A DNA stretch of 64,000 bases from the human T2T-CHM13v2.0 reference genome, Homo sapiens, in the NCBI RefSeq assembly GCF_009914755.1, contig NC_060928.1, one strand, 5' to 3'. Below are positions 1 to 14,612 of the stretch, one piece after another. The translations under genes were made by a program, and so were the position numbers. The first letter of the stretch is position 1. Each line of letters begins with the position of its first letter. The notes under the pieces were generated by a model, which did no database searches, was not told the origin of the DNA, and saw only the letters and a list, made by a program, of their open reading frames with translations.

Positions 1-235
1 TTCTGAAAAAAGGCTTCAGGCACAGAGATGGAGATAAGACAGTTAAAAATCTATCAAAGCACCCTGAATTGGTTAATGCAAGGGATATGGAAGAGGCAAT
101 GACTTCATCTGCCACCGTACTTGGTCAACCCTCAAATAAATGTTGGCCCCACAAGAGAAGGGGGTATTGTCTGCTTAGTTCCCTGTACCTGAAACTGCCT
201 GGTGCATAATCAAAGCTCAGTAAATATTGGTAGGA

Positions 236-271
236 TGAATGAATGAATGAATGAATGAATGAATGAATGAA
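236..271 (+). repeat. (GAAT)n microsatellite at the 3' tail of an L2 remnant
   Basis: About 9 GAAT units follow the L2-like 3' end cctggtgcataatcaaagctcagtaaatattgg. Confidence 0.85.
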
Positions 272-2019
272 GAAATGTCTATATAAATGAATGAATTATT
301 TGGACAATTGTTGGAGATCTTTTCTATTTGTTTTTCTTCTCTTGTGAATAAAGAGGTAACGGGATGGGAGAGGGTAAAGGGGAGCAGCTGGGGGACACAG
401 AACCACCTTGTACCAAAAGAAGCCTGAGTTTTAAGACCAACACTTTTTGCACAACTACCATGACTTAGGCAAAGCAGAACAAAACATCTCTCTCCTACAC
501 ACTCCTCAAGTTGAATTTTAATGATTTTTTTCTACTATTTCCCCCTTATATTCATTTCAGTTTGGTTTCAGCTGCATAAGTTGTTGAGGGCTGTATCTGT
601 CTCCTTTCCCTGGTCCTGTATCCCCAAGGACAACCCTGAGCCCCACTCTTACCTAAACCCTACACCAACAACATCACAAGCAAGCCTGCAGTCATTAGAA
701 TTGTGAGGGGACAATATTAATCCACCTCCACTGATAGGATTTGAGAAGGGCTTCCATTTAATCCCACTCCTCACCCCTGAGGGTGCCAAGCCAATTGAGA
801 AATGCACACAGAAGCCACATATGTACCAAAATACTTGTCTTCCTACTGGTAGCACCAAATCAGAGAGAGCAACTTGGATATGAGGATGAAACAAACTTCC
901 CAGTAGTTGCCTCCAGGTCTAGACCTGATTAGCATCCCACAACAGAAACTTTTCCATTCAGCCTCAAAGAGAACAGAGGTCTCCCTCCCCTCAAATCAAG
1001 CTCATAGAACCCAAGAGAGGCCACATGTGCAAGTGACTTTTTACACACAGCCCACTCCCAACACAGAGCCCAGGGGGTACCAGACTCTTGCCATCTCACC
1101 AATCAGAGAAATCCCTCCTCCTCCCTCCACCAGAAGGAGCCATGGAGAGGTAAGCCACTAATTATTAAGAGAGTGGAAGTTCCTATCTTTCAGAGCAGCA
1201 GGAACTCAGGGAAAGGAACAAAAATTGTGCCTTCCCTACCACATCTATGAGAAAAGCCTGATCTAAAAACATATTTACCTTTTAATTCTCAGTGACCAGA
1301 TAGGGGCAAGTGCACCACTGGATACAGTGAGGGGCTTGCTCTACAGAAGAGTCATTTTCAGTTCCTCTTTCCTCCTGTTACACAGCTATCAATGCATTCA
1401 GGTCTGTGCAGAAACCATACGTTCTTCACTAGCTAGGGCCAGACCTTCTGCTCCTTCATCTCTCACACTAAGATTGTTAGTGAACTCTGCAGTGAATGCT
1501 CAGCCAGAGTTTGGAAATGTCATCTTACAAGCTCTAATATGTCAAGGAGAAAACTGTTTCTTTGGGAATGTTTCTTCCTAACCAAGATAAGAAAACAGTA
1601 ATTTTGCTTTTGCTTCAAGGCATACTTTGATGGCAGGAGAATCCAGTTTACTTTTTAAGGTACTGACCTCTAGTGGCCAGCAACAATAACTACTCTATTA
1701 GAGACCATTTCCAGAGATTATGTAAAATCCAAGTGCGGGCTAGGAGAAACTTTAGAAATCAACTTTCTCTGCCCACCTCATATTCCAGAAGAGGAAACAG
1801 AGATCCATAAACGATGAGGGCCTTGTCAGTGGTCGCTAAGATGGGACTAGAGTCAAGGTCTTCTGTCTTCCATGTGGATCTCCTCCCATTGCCTAGTATA
1901 CATTTATTAAAGCTACTTAGTCATATACACTGTAATTCATAAACAATTAGAGTAAAAATGACATTTCGTTATCAGATAATCCCTCTGTGGTTTCCTGCAA
2001 AGCTTGATGGGATAAGTGT

Positions 2020-2383
2020 GACTAGAGGTCCGTTTTCACGCTGCTGATAAAGACATACCCAAGACTAGGTAATTTATAAAGAAAAAAAGGTTTAATGGAC
2101 TCACCGTTCTACCTGACTGGGGAGGCCTAACAATCATGGCAGAAGGCAAAAGGCACATCTTACATGGCAGTAGACAAAAGAGAGAATGAGATCCAAGTGA
2201 AGGGGGTCTCCCCTTATAAAACCATCAGATCTCGTGAGACTTATTCACTACCACAAGAACAGTATGGGGGAAACCACTCCCATAATTCAATTATCTCCCA
2301 CTGGGTCCCTCCCACAACACATGAGAATTATAGGAGCTACAATTCAAGATTAAATTTGGGTGGGGACACAACCAAACCATATC
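2020..2383 (-). mobile_element. THE1 (MaLR) solo LTR
   Basis: gctgctgataaagacatacccaagact...ggggacacaaccaaaccatatca is the reverse complement of the THE1 LTR and closely resembles the LTRs at 61608 and 63421. Confidence 0.85.
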
Positions 2384-2771
2384 AAGAGGTTTCAACCTCA
2401 CTGGATGGTAAACAGCTAGAGGGTGAGGATTTTTTCTTAATCATCTTTGAATCTCTAGTACTTTGCACCACATCTGCCATGTGGCAGGCACTAAATAAAT
2501 GTCAGATGGATGAATAAATTGATGGAAAGATAAATTTTAATTTGAAATTAAACACCAACTAAAACCAAAAGCTACCTGTCTTGCTACCCAACTAGCAAAT
2601 GGCAGATTTAAGATTTGAGGTCAGCAGTTCAGTTTCACACTAAATGCTACTACTCCTAAAAGACCTCTTCACTGGCCCATGGAACCCCCTCCTACTAGTG
2701 ACGACTTTCCAAATTTAACAGATGCAGCATTTCTGGCTCTTTGAATCCACACAGCTGATTCGAAAGTAGGT

Positions 2772-2851
2772 TGTGTTTTTTAGACTCTCAGTCATCAGTT
2801 TGTGTTTTTTAGATCTCAGTCATATGTTTTTTAGATTCTCAGTCATAAGTT
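2772..2851. repeat. Imperfect 3-copy tandem repeat, unit ~TGTGTTTTTTAGA(C/T)TCTCAGTCAT
   Basis: Three copies of about 25-29 bp are directly visible. Confidence 0.85.
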
Positions 2852-4879
2852 CTTCTCCTTATATAAGGACTCAGTGAAGGCTTTGCTTTGTGTGTTGGTT
2901 TGTTCCTTCAATCACTCAACATATTTACTGAGTGTCTGCTATGCACCAGGAGCTTCCCTGAGCAATGGAAACCCAGCAGGAAAGACAAAATGATGTGTCA
3001 ACAGCTATGCTAGTGGTAAGCACTAGAAGGATAAAGAAAGAAGGAAGGCTTGTTAATGATGATGGATCCTTTTCTGGTGTTAGCAGAGACTTGAATTAGG
3101 AGGGAGTCTTGAAGGTCTCAAGCATACATTAGTATCATGGAGAAAGCGTGAGTGATTCTCAGGATCCCTTGGAAAAATAACCCAGGCTGGCAGTGAGGAG
3201 AGAAAATCTCCATATAGGAAGGGGCAAACTTACGCTCAACACTGATCCCCAATCATTGTTCCTAAAATTTACTTGCCTTTTGAGAATTTTAGCAATCTCC
3301 ACTGATACCATCATTCTTGCTACTGAAATTACTCTTCTTTACTTTACCCTCTCATCTCGAGCATGGATATAAATTCTTTCTGTAATTCCCCCACAGCATA
3401 GATGAGTCTCTAAGGGAACAATTATAAGATTTTACAGATGTGTCAGAGATAAGAGGCGAAAATTATAACACAGAGAATTACTAAAAGCTGGCAACTAGAT
3501 ATGATGGCACTTGTGATCCACAAAATCTAGTCCACCGTCATGAAGTTGGCTGGGTCCTTGCAGTGCTACTGTTTTTCTGTTTGGCCCTAGTTGGACAGTA
3601 CATGGCAGTGTCCATATTTCCCTGACAGGAAAATCCTCTAGTATGGCAAAGCCCCTCAGAGTCCAAGCCCCAGAGAGCAGAATGATGCATAGTAGCAGGC
3701 AACCCTTTGTCCTCTGCTCCAAATTCCATCTCTCAAATAGTGAGAACACAAGCAGCTACCAATTTATGGATGGATTTTACTCTAGAAATCTGTTTGCTAG
3801 TCAGTTCTTTGGAATCTGCCATGCATTTCCAAAAACATCAACAGTGACTGAGATCAGAGGCAAGTCCATGAAAATTCTATTTATACCCTAGTCCATCTAA
3901 GGATGTTGGAAACATAGCTTCTCAATTTAGCAGAACTCAGGAAACAAGTATAGATGCTCCTGGGTACTTTTTTTTTTTTTTTTTCTTTTTAACCAATCTA
4001 TGCTCTGTACCAATATAAGCACCCAAACCCCTACAGGTCCCCAAGCTTCTGCATCAGAGGGTAAAGCAAAGTTGTCTGTACCAGGAGTTGTGGCTACAAA
4101 CAGCAAAGAGTTGAAAATTCTTGAGCTGGAATAGCAGAGAGGTCATTCTTATATTGAGTCTAGCAAACTGCCTTTTTCCCAAGTATCTTTAGCAATTGCT
4201 GCATTGGAAGGAAATACAGTACAATTTGTGGCATCACAGGGCATGAAAAAATGAAAGATGGATCAGGCTGTGTAGGAAAGCAAAACCTACTTTTTAATCA
4301 GGAGGGTATTATCAGCTAATCCTCTCTCTAGTAAGCTCAGTAAGTCTCCTTGGGTAAGATCTTGTTTCAAATGGAGAGTCCTGTGAGCAACTCATCTTGA
4401 TTATGCAAATGTAAGGCAAGTGGACACCCACTGCCCTGGAAAATGGGAATATAACATCATTTTCTGTGGCATGACTGATGCTCCCCAATTTTCAAAATGC
4501 CCCTTGTGCTCTTTGACATACATTGAATAAATCTGCAAAGGGAGCCAAGAAACCTCCTAGAGGAAAAAGAAATTTTGATACTAATTTCTTTTCTGCTGAA
4601 TTTCAATAGCATTAAAAACTCAGTGATAAACTTGGTTGGTTAAAACTGAGATTGATCAGCCAAAAAGGATACTTGCCTCTATGGAGGGGAATGCAACATG
4701 AGGAAAGGGAGTTTGTGGGCTGTGGATTGGTGACTATGGTTCAAACTAGAACTCAGAGGATGTTGGGCTCCAGGAGGGTCCATTCCTGGTTTAAATGTAA
4801 CCTGGGATTGAGGTCTTAAAACCTGCTAAATTCTGGAAGCAGTAGCAGATCATATGGGTGTAAATCATATTGGAAAAAA

Positions 4880-5110
4880 CAGGGTTTCTCAACCTCAGCA
4901 TCCTTGACATACGTGGACAGATAATTTTTTTATGTTGGAATGGCAGTGCGGGGACAGTTCTATGCAATGTAGGATGTTTAGCAGTATTCCTGGCTTCTAC
5001 CCATGAGATGCCAGTAGCACTCCCTTCCCCCCACCAAGTAGTGACAACCAAAAATATCCCCAAACTTTGCCAAATGTCCAAGAGGGTCAAAATTGGTTGA
5101 AAAGCACTAG
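4880..5110. mobile_element. MER20-like hAT DNA transposon
   Basis: Terminal inverted repeats cagggtttctcaacc...ggttgaaaagcacta, with internal gtgacaaccaaaaatatccccaaactttgccaaatgtcc. Confidence 0.75.
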
Positions 5111-6371
5111 TATAACCTGAAAGAGGGTAAACCTGGAATCTCTAATGTGAGGCAGCTGGTATGACTAACAGGAACATCAATGTAGCTGAGAGCAAAATTG
5201 CTTAGACTTCTTGGGAACCATTTCCAGCAGTAATTGACTAGCTACTTCTCTCTCCATTGGCATTTGCACAAAGGGTTACCCTTTGAATCAAGTGAGCCCC
5301 TCAAGATTTATGAGCAATTCTAGAGAGCAATGAAGCTTCAAGACGGAGACATTACATGCCCTGCTAAAAAGGGCAAGAATATTTTCAAGCAACTACACAG
5401 AAAATGAAAGAGTTCTGATGATATTTGTACACTAAGCTGGTGAAGCAGGTCCTGCCAGTGAGATGCATTTAAGGGAAGTAGCTGGAGAGAAAAGAATATA
5501 AAAATTGTAGAAAAATATCCTTTTCAACAAAAATAACAAAAATTCACTACTTATACTGGAGCAGCAGTTTTCTCTGATATGTAAGAGCATCTCTAGTTAA
5601 TTCAAATTATGACATGACTCTCTAAATAAAATGAGTCTTACAGCATTTTATTCTCTATAGCTCCAACAGCTCTCTTAGAAAGTGAGAATGTTGTGAAATG
5701 CAGCAAATAAGAAGAAAGTGTGCAATTCAAAACAGATTGAAAATCATAGCACTAGAGGAAGAAAATTAAATGCTTTAGTATCTATAAAATAAAAATGGGC
5801 TACACAGTCAATGTATCTGAGTCAATAAGTGTTTCTCTCTATTTACTATAAACCCAAGAGGTTCTAATTTGCTGGAGTTCAAGTTATGTTTGAGGGAGAG
5901 AGGTATGTAATTCAGTAAACTGGAAAAGATAAATCCAAATTGAAAGGCATGGTTTTATAAAATTTATGATTCAAAAGTCATTCTTCAGTGTCCAACTTGA
6001 ACCTTATTTTAGTCAGGTTTTCCCTTGTGATAAATTTTTCTTTCAGAGAGAATGAATCAGCTACAATCAAAAGTAGTATAAAATTCAAAGAACCAGTAAA
6101 AATGACACATTCACCTAAAGCTACGATTGTGTTTCACATGTACAAGTGTGAAAGGCATATTTTAGCCATTTATTGACCTAAATAATGCACCACTGCAGCT
6201 TTACCCCAAAGAGAATATAGCATAGTAGTCTCATATCGGGCTCTATAATTTTTAGTGTTGTACAGTATCCTAGTCTCCCAAAGAGGCTTCAAATGCATCA
6301 TACTTTAGTGGCATTATCCTCAAAGGCATTGAATGCATTTGCTTATTTTTTTTTAGGTATACATGTGTCAC

Positions 6372-7138
6372 ATACTGAATGTTTGTGTTACCTGCAAAAT
6401 GCATATGTTGAAGACCTACCCCGTAATGTGATGGCATTTGGAGGTGGGGTCTTGGGAAGGTGATTAGGTTCAGACGAGATCATGAGGGTGGGGCGTCCAT
6501 GATAGGATTAGTGTCCTTATAAGAGAAAGAGAGCAGGGCTCACTTGATCTCTAGCCTGTGAGGACACAGATAGAAGGTGGCCATCTACAAGCCAGGAAGG
6601 GAACCTTCACCAGAACCTGACAATGTCACTCTTTGTTCTCAAACTTCAGCATCTAGGACTGCAGGAAATAAATGTCTGTTGTTTAAGCCACTCAGTCGAT
6701 GATATTTTGTTATGGCAGCCCAAGCCAACTAAGACAACATGTCCTTTAATCCATTTTCTGCTGCTATAAAATAATACCACAGACTGTATAATTTATAAAG
6801 AAAAGATATTTATTTGGCTCACAGTTCTGGAGGCTGGGAAGTCCAAGATTGAGAACTGGCATCTGGTGAGGGTCTTCTTGCTGCATCATAACATACTGAA
6901 AGGATCACATGGTGAGCAAACTGTGATGCAGAGAGAGGATGGGGGCAGAACTCATCCTTATTACCAGAAAACTACTCCTGTGATCATTAACACACTCCCT
7001 CAATGATAGCATTAATCCATTCATAAGGGTGGTGCCCCCATGACCTAATCACCTTTTAAAGGTCCCACCTCTCAACACTGTTACGATAGCAATTAAACTT
7101 CAACATGAATTGTGGAAAAAAACATTTAAACTACAGCA
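6372..7138. mobile_element. Two adjacent MaLR LTRs: MLT1-like (+, ~6372-6736) and MST-like (-, ~6739-7138)
   Basis: Typical motifs aataaatgtctgttgtttaagccac...gcagcccaagccaactaagaca and ggctcacagttctggaggctgggaagtccaagat. Confidence 0.7.
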
Positions 7139-8099
7139 ACATGTAAAAAGTATGTCCCTCAGAATTCCATGTAAAAAAATCATGACTGTATTTCATTCAT
7201 TCATTCATTCATTCATTCATATTTTTTCATTTATTTAAAGGTATAACTCCTATAGTTGTTATTGTTGCATAACAAATGACCCCAAAATGTAGTGGTTTAA
7301 AATAATTATTTTAGAATGCACATGGATTCTGGGAGACAGGAATTTGAACAGAGCACAGCTAGTTCATTTATCTGTGCTCCACAATGTCTGGAGTCTTCAC
7401 TGAGAGAACTTGAACCTGAGGAGGCAACTAAACAACTTGGGGCTAGAATCATCTGAATGCTTGTTCACTCTCATGTCTAGAGCCCTGGCTAGGACAACTC
7501 AGACTAGGACTTCCAACAGAGTGTGTATGTGTAGCCTTCCCATGTGGCCTGGCTCCCTCATAGCATGGTGGCCTCAAAGTAGTCAAACTTCTCACATGGT
7601 GGGTCAGGGCTCTAAGTATAAAAGTTTGGGCAAATAACATAGAAACCACATCATCTTTTATGGTTTAGCCTCCTGATTCAGCCAGGAAGCCAGCATCACT
7701 TCTGCTATACTCTCTTGGTCAATAGAGTTACTAGTCCACTCAGTTACAAATAGACAAAAGATAGACCCCACTTCTTGATAAAAGGGGTGCCAAATAACTT
7801 GGGGGTTTTGTTTATAAAGCCACCATAAAGGCATACCAAGATAGAGCACAGGATGTTTATTATTAGGAATAATCAAAGGAATATGACCGAAAGTCTATCA
7901 GAGTTTTAAAATAATAAAGAATATTTTGAAATACCTTATGTCAATCACTTTAAAAAGAAAAAGGACAATTTCCTAAAAACATATAATATACTAAAACTGA
8001 AATAAGAAGAAATGTAAAACCTAAATATTTTGGTAGGGAGTAAAGAAATTGAGTCTGTGGTCAGAATTCTAGTTACAACCACCCACACCCATATACCAG

Positions 8100-9250
<1,151 letters not shown>

Positions 9251-11641
9251 AAAAACTTATTAGACCCAGACAATTGTATAGACTTCACAGAAATGATAAA
9301 GCTATTTTTACTTGAACTGTTACAGAGATGAGTGAGAGAGAAATATTAGTCTGCTTTTTTTTTTTTTTGAGGTTAGACTATCCTTTATCCTAAAATGAGA
9401 CAAGAACAATACAAGGCTGATCTCAGCTAAGAACATAAATGCAAAAATTTCTAGAAAGTGGTAATTAAATCCAATATTAATTTTTGAAGTATCTTGACAA
9501 AATTGAGTGTATCCCAGGAATGCAAGCACAATTTGACATTAAAATGCCTGATAATGCAATTCTCTACACTAATAGATGAAAGAATAAAAATAATATTTAA
9601 TTATCTCAAAAGATGTAGAAAAAAGCTTGTGATAATGTGATTCAACATTTATTCTTGATGAAAAACTCTTTAGCCAACTAGGAACACTTAACCAAAAGAA
9701 TGAGATTTTTGTGTTATGATTTAAAATAAATTTGCTAGATTCATTTATTTTGCTTACATAAGAACTTTTGCAAGTAATGGTGTTTTGCAATGATACTTTT
9801 TAATATTTTTGGAACTTAAGAAGTTGTATGATTCTTATGAATTAGTTCAGTATTAAAGATCAAAGAGGACGTGCCCAGCTAGCTCTGTTGGCAGACCATG
9901 AGACTTTTAAAATATCAGGGAGGTAATAATCAGACGGTTAATTAGCAAAAGAGTGGTGAACAAGTCCTTCCTCTCATGGCAGCTGACCATTTCAAGTAGA
10001 TAATCTCTTACGGTAAACATTCATATTTTTCTTCACTTAATAAACCTTGCAACATTTACTATGTGCCAGGACTGTCCTAAGTGCTTCACAATTATTAACT
10101 TAACAAATTTCCTAACAACTCTCTCTGGAATAGTTACTATTATTAAACCTCAGTTTCCTACAGAGAAGGAAACTGAAACCTAGAAAGGTTAAGAAAGTTG
10201 ACCGAGATCCCTCAGTTGTAAGACAGAGCATTCAACTTCTTTCTCTCTCCTCTCCTTCTGGTACTGTACTGGATATGGTGGACCTCATCAATTTCTCCCT
10301 GTATCTTTTACCTACTCTTTCCTATTTTCAATATCTCTGTGCCACATTTCAATTTTTTAAACCTATCTTTTGCATCTCTTCAGCTCTCTCATCTACAGTT
10401 TAGCACATTCTTTGACTTTTATCTAAATTTGTGACTGTATTATTTATTTCTAAAAGTTCTATCTGGTTACTTTTTGAATTTGTCTGATCTTTTTGATAGT
10501 GTCTCACTCTTCTTTCATATTTTCAAATCCTCCTTGTATCTTCTTGAATATTTGGTCATTGTTATTTTTCCACTCTCCATCTGATTATTGTATTGCAAGA
10601 AACTCTTGAGTATCTAATAGTGTCCTCTGGTTTGTCTGTGGACTCTTGAGTGTTTCTCTTCTGTTGTCTAATTTTGGGTTGTGAGCTCATCTTCCTCTGT
10701 GTTTATTTGTGGACATCCTGAATTGTCCAATTGAAGGTGTGTTCCTCCAGAAAAGTTTTGTAATAACTTCTGCCTGGCACCCCACGGGGATACAGTAGAC
10801 AGAGGCCACTTTTTAAAAGTTATCACTTAGGGGCCTCCTAAAATATATAAGGAGCATAAATAAGACAAACTGCATGGTGCAAACCAATGGTTGTAAATTC
10901 TTCATATTTTTCTCACCACATGCAGAATACAAGCCAAGACAGACAAGTTTTCTTATTGTCTTCTTTTACCAGCACGAGATAGTAGATTGTCCCCTTCAAT
11001 TGGAAAATACATTATTTCATACAGTTGTTCTTGTATTACTCCTTTGGTAAATTATACTTTTCCATTTTCATGGTTCTCTCTTTTTATAACTACAAGCATT
11101 AAATTTCCTAGCCTGAGATCCTTTAATGTTTTTTGTAATGCTTTTCTGTAAGGGCAATATGCTAGCTTTGTCATTGGAGGATCCAGAAATGTCAGTATGT
11201 AGGGTCTGTGCTTTATAATCATTCAGTTTTTCCAGAAAATAATTTTCTACTTTCTCCAGTTTTGTGCAGGTAGAGGTAGGATGGGGGAGCCAATGGCATG
11301 TTCTTGATTGTCTAAGTTCTTGAGAAAGGTTCAGAAAGGGCCCTGCAACATCTTCATTTCATATACAGTTTTCAATCCTGAGACACACTCACTTGCTGCA
11401 GTACCTGGGAACTTGAGACCAGAGAGTCTCTGGTTTAACTTCCCTAGAAAAGAAACCGCCAGTCTCCTTTGGGCAGCAGCAGATGAGGCAGATGTGGAGG
11501 ACGGAAATTATGCCTGAGGAATGGGCATTTTTCAGGCTGCCAAGAAAAAGGATCCTGAGGATCAATCCCTTAATATACAGACTTTCAAATCTTCCTGCAT
11601 TTTTAGCCCCGTATCTCTCCCCACCTTCCTTAGTCTATGGT

Positions 11642-12078
11642 TGTATTAGTTTCCTGATGCTGTTGTAACAAAGTACCACACACTGAGTGGCTTAAACAGC
11701 AGAAATTTTCTAACAATTCAGGAGACTAGAAATTTGAAATCAAGGTGTGGCAGGGTTGATTCTTTGTGAAGCTTCAAGAGACAGTCTGTTCCAGGCCTCT
11801 CTCCTGGCTGCTGATAGCCTTGAGTGTTCCCTGGCTTGGAGATGGTGCTCTCCCCATGTCTTCACATTGCCTTTCTTCTATTTTGTCTGTCTCTGAATCC
11901 AAATTTCCCCTTTTGTAAGGACGCAATCATCTTGGATTAGATCTCACTCTAATGACTTCATTTTAATGTGATTACCTCTGTAAATACCCTATCTCCAAAT
12001 AAGGTCCCATTCTGAGATACTGAGGTTAGGACTTCAGCATCTTTGGGGATGAGAGAGAACACAATTCAGCTATAACAC
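11642..12078 (-). mobile_element. MLT1-type MaLR LTR
   Basis: tgtattagtttcctgatgctgttgtaacaaagtaccac...ccaaataaggtcccattctgag...acaattcagctataaca. Confidence 0.8.
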
Positions 12079-12230
12079 TGCTGCCCCAAATCCTGGCACA
12101 GTAAATCAGCTCATTTCCTCATATTCATGCCTACGTGCACACCCCATCATACACAGACACACACACACATACATACACGTACAGAGACACAAACACAAAT
12201 ACATTGACACATACACATGCATGCAGGCTG

Positions 12231-13170
12231 TGTCAAAAAATGTACTCTGGATTTGTTTTAATTAGGTATGGTAAGACACACAGACACAAACATGATTGGC
12301 ACAAAAGAAGAAGTTTATACTTAACAGATCCCTAGAAACAAGAAGCATGGTGTCTTGGTTCGTTTTCTGTTGTTGTAACAGAATACACAGACTGGGCAAT
12401 TTATAATGAACAGAAATTTATTTTTCACAGTTCTGGTGGCTGGGAAGTCCAAGATCAAGGGGCTGGCATCCTGCAAGGGTCTTCTTGCTGCACCATCCTA
12501 TGGTGCAAGGCAAGAAAACATGAGAGCAAGAAAGAGAAAGAGAGAAAACGAGGCCAAATTCATTCTTTTATAAGGAATCCACTCCTGCAATAATGGCATT
12601 AATGCATTTATGAGGGCAGAGCCCTACAGCCTAATTGCCTCTCATTAGGTGCCACCTCCCGACACCATTGTGTTAGGGATTAAGTTTCCAATACATGCTT
12701 TTGGGAAGACACATTCAAATCATAGAACATGGCATGCCACACAGGACCACATAGGGAAGAACCAATGTTGGTCAGAAGGCAGAACGGAGACAGCAGAGTA
12801 CAGCACAGAGCCTTTACTAGGGTTTTCCCAGGAAGGAATAGGTGAAGCAGGGTAGGGTGCTGCATAAATTTAGGAGTGGATAGCTTGAATAATCGTGGTG
12901 TTCTCTGGGCTATAGTGGTCTGGTATCTGGACCTGGGGTGACTTAGGACAGGAGGAATATTGGCTTAGTGTGTGAGAGTTTGATAATGGAGATGGTTGTG
13001 TGGGCTCTGGATTGGTTGGCTTGTATATCAAAGGAGACTTTGCATATTTCAGGGGAATCATTTGCTATCTCTAGAAATTAGCTAACATAGGAGAATCAGT
13101 TTCTCCAGGATCAAGGCTCCAAATGCCAGAGCATCAAGAATACAGAAAATAAGAAGATACAGTCAATACA
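12231..13170. mobile_element. MER21-like LTR split by a nested MST LTR (~12351-12728)
   Basis: The MST LTR is bounded by a 5-bp catgg duplication. The flanks read as one LTR (tgtc...tcaataca). The family name is tentative. Confidence 0.55.
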
Positions 13171-13744
13171 CATACACACAAACATACACACACCATACAC
13201 ACAGACACAAATACACACAAACACATGTGCACATACACACTAGTCTATTGGAGTGTGTTTCCTTGGCTCCATTCATTCTATTACTCTTCCAGCTACTTTG
13301 CCTCCTACCTCTCCCTCTTTTTTTTTTTCCAACTTTTTTGAGCCATAACATTTATACCCGTTTTCAGGAATTGCAGTGGGATTCAGAGAATAGGCAAAGA
13401 TTAAACTTGTGCGTTCAACCTTCCACTTTTAACTGGAAAACACTCAAGTGCAACATTTGTTGGTACTCTGCAGCACCTCCACAGAGCTTTTGCTGCTGCC
13501 ACGTTAGACAGCTTCACCATGTAATGACGACCTTTTAAGATTCTAAATCCCCCCACCTCTGAGCCTGTTCTTCATTGGAAATGCAAGACGACCGGATGAC
13601 ATGAGGGAGGGGCAGCTCTTAAGGCTTGACCTAATTTCCAGTGCTGCTCATGTTGATTTCTCTCCGTCCTTCTACTGCAGGCTGTGCGTCTCTGCTTACC
13701 CAGCATGCTTGTACTCCACTACTGGAAGTAGCCTGTCACTTTAA

Positions 13745-13969
13745 AGGAAAAAAAAAAAAGCTACCGAGTGACCTTCCTTAGGAACGGGTTGCTAAGCTGG
13801 TGTTTTTGCTCCAAGACATGGCTGCAGCTTCCCAGGGAGGAGCCCAGGGGCATCTCCAACACTCAGCCTTTCCCTCCGGACCCTTTTAAAAGATTCAACA
13901 GCACCGTCTCTCTCCACTTCCATCCTAGAATGCAGAATCTGCAAAGTGCCTTTTGTAAAGTTTCTTAAG
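13745..13969 (+). other. CC2D2A: Probable non-coding first exon (5'UTR) of CC2D2A
   Basis: Unique, locally GC/CpG-enriched island ending in donor AAG|GTAAAT at 13969/13970, about 6 kb upstream of the ATG exon (consistent with recalled gene structure). The TSS is approximate. Confidence 0.6.
13773..13796. promoter_or_regulatory. RFX X-box-like sites at the putative TSS
   Basis: CTTCCTTAGGAAC-GG-GTTGCTAAG. GTTGCTAAG (rc CTTAGCAAC) is an RFX half-site, and RFX factors are established regulators of ciliary genes. Confidence 0.6.
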
Positions 13970-14558
13970 GTAAATCAGTCCCTAACCGGACTTTAGGCTG
14001 CAACAGTGATTTCCTGTTTTCAGTTACCCGGCTTGAAGTTCAGCCTCTCCAGGATACCGTGAGACTGGATTTAATGAATTGTAAATTTAGGGGCTCTCAT
14101 CGTTATTTATGTTTTTACTTTCTGAAATGGGAACATAGACCATTACTTGGCAGCTTTGATTTGAGCTGCTATCTGGTATCTGGTTTGCAGGAAATGTAAG
14201 TCCAGTTCATCACAAGTCCTGAGTGAAAATGCTCTCTGACCAAAGCTCTGTGAAACATTAGCTGCGTGTTGCATTTATGGGCCTTTTAGTTCAAACTGGC
14301 TTAAGGGGAGAAGCACTAATTACTGCAAAATACACTTTTCTTGGTATGAGACAGAGAAAGGGCTACTAACCACAGTGCTAAGAGTTGCTGTGCTTTCCAA
14401 AGACTTCAAGAAAATGTACTGGCTACAACTTAAGCTGATTGTTTGTTTCCCTTCATTGCAAAGAGGTGGTATGAAAAGCTAATAAAGTCAAATAAGAAAT
14501 ATGTTTGCTACTGCATTTTCATATAACCTTTTCTGCAAATAAATTCAGCACCAGCATG

Positions 14559-14561
<3 letters not shown>

Positions 14562-14612
<51 letters not shown>
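14562..14612. repeat. Compound (TC)n(TA)n microsatellite
   Basis: Directly visible. Confidence 0.95.

Noticed and set aside
2772-2851. Possible CRISPR-like direct repeats
   Set aside because: No unique spacers and the context is eukaryotic. It is a simple tandem repeat.
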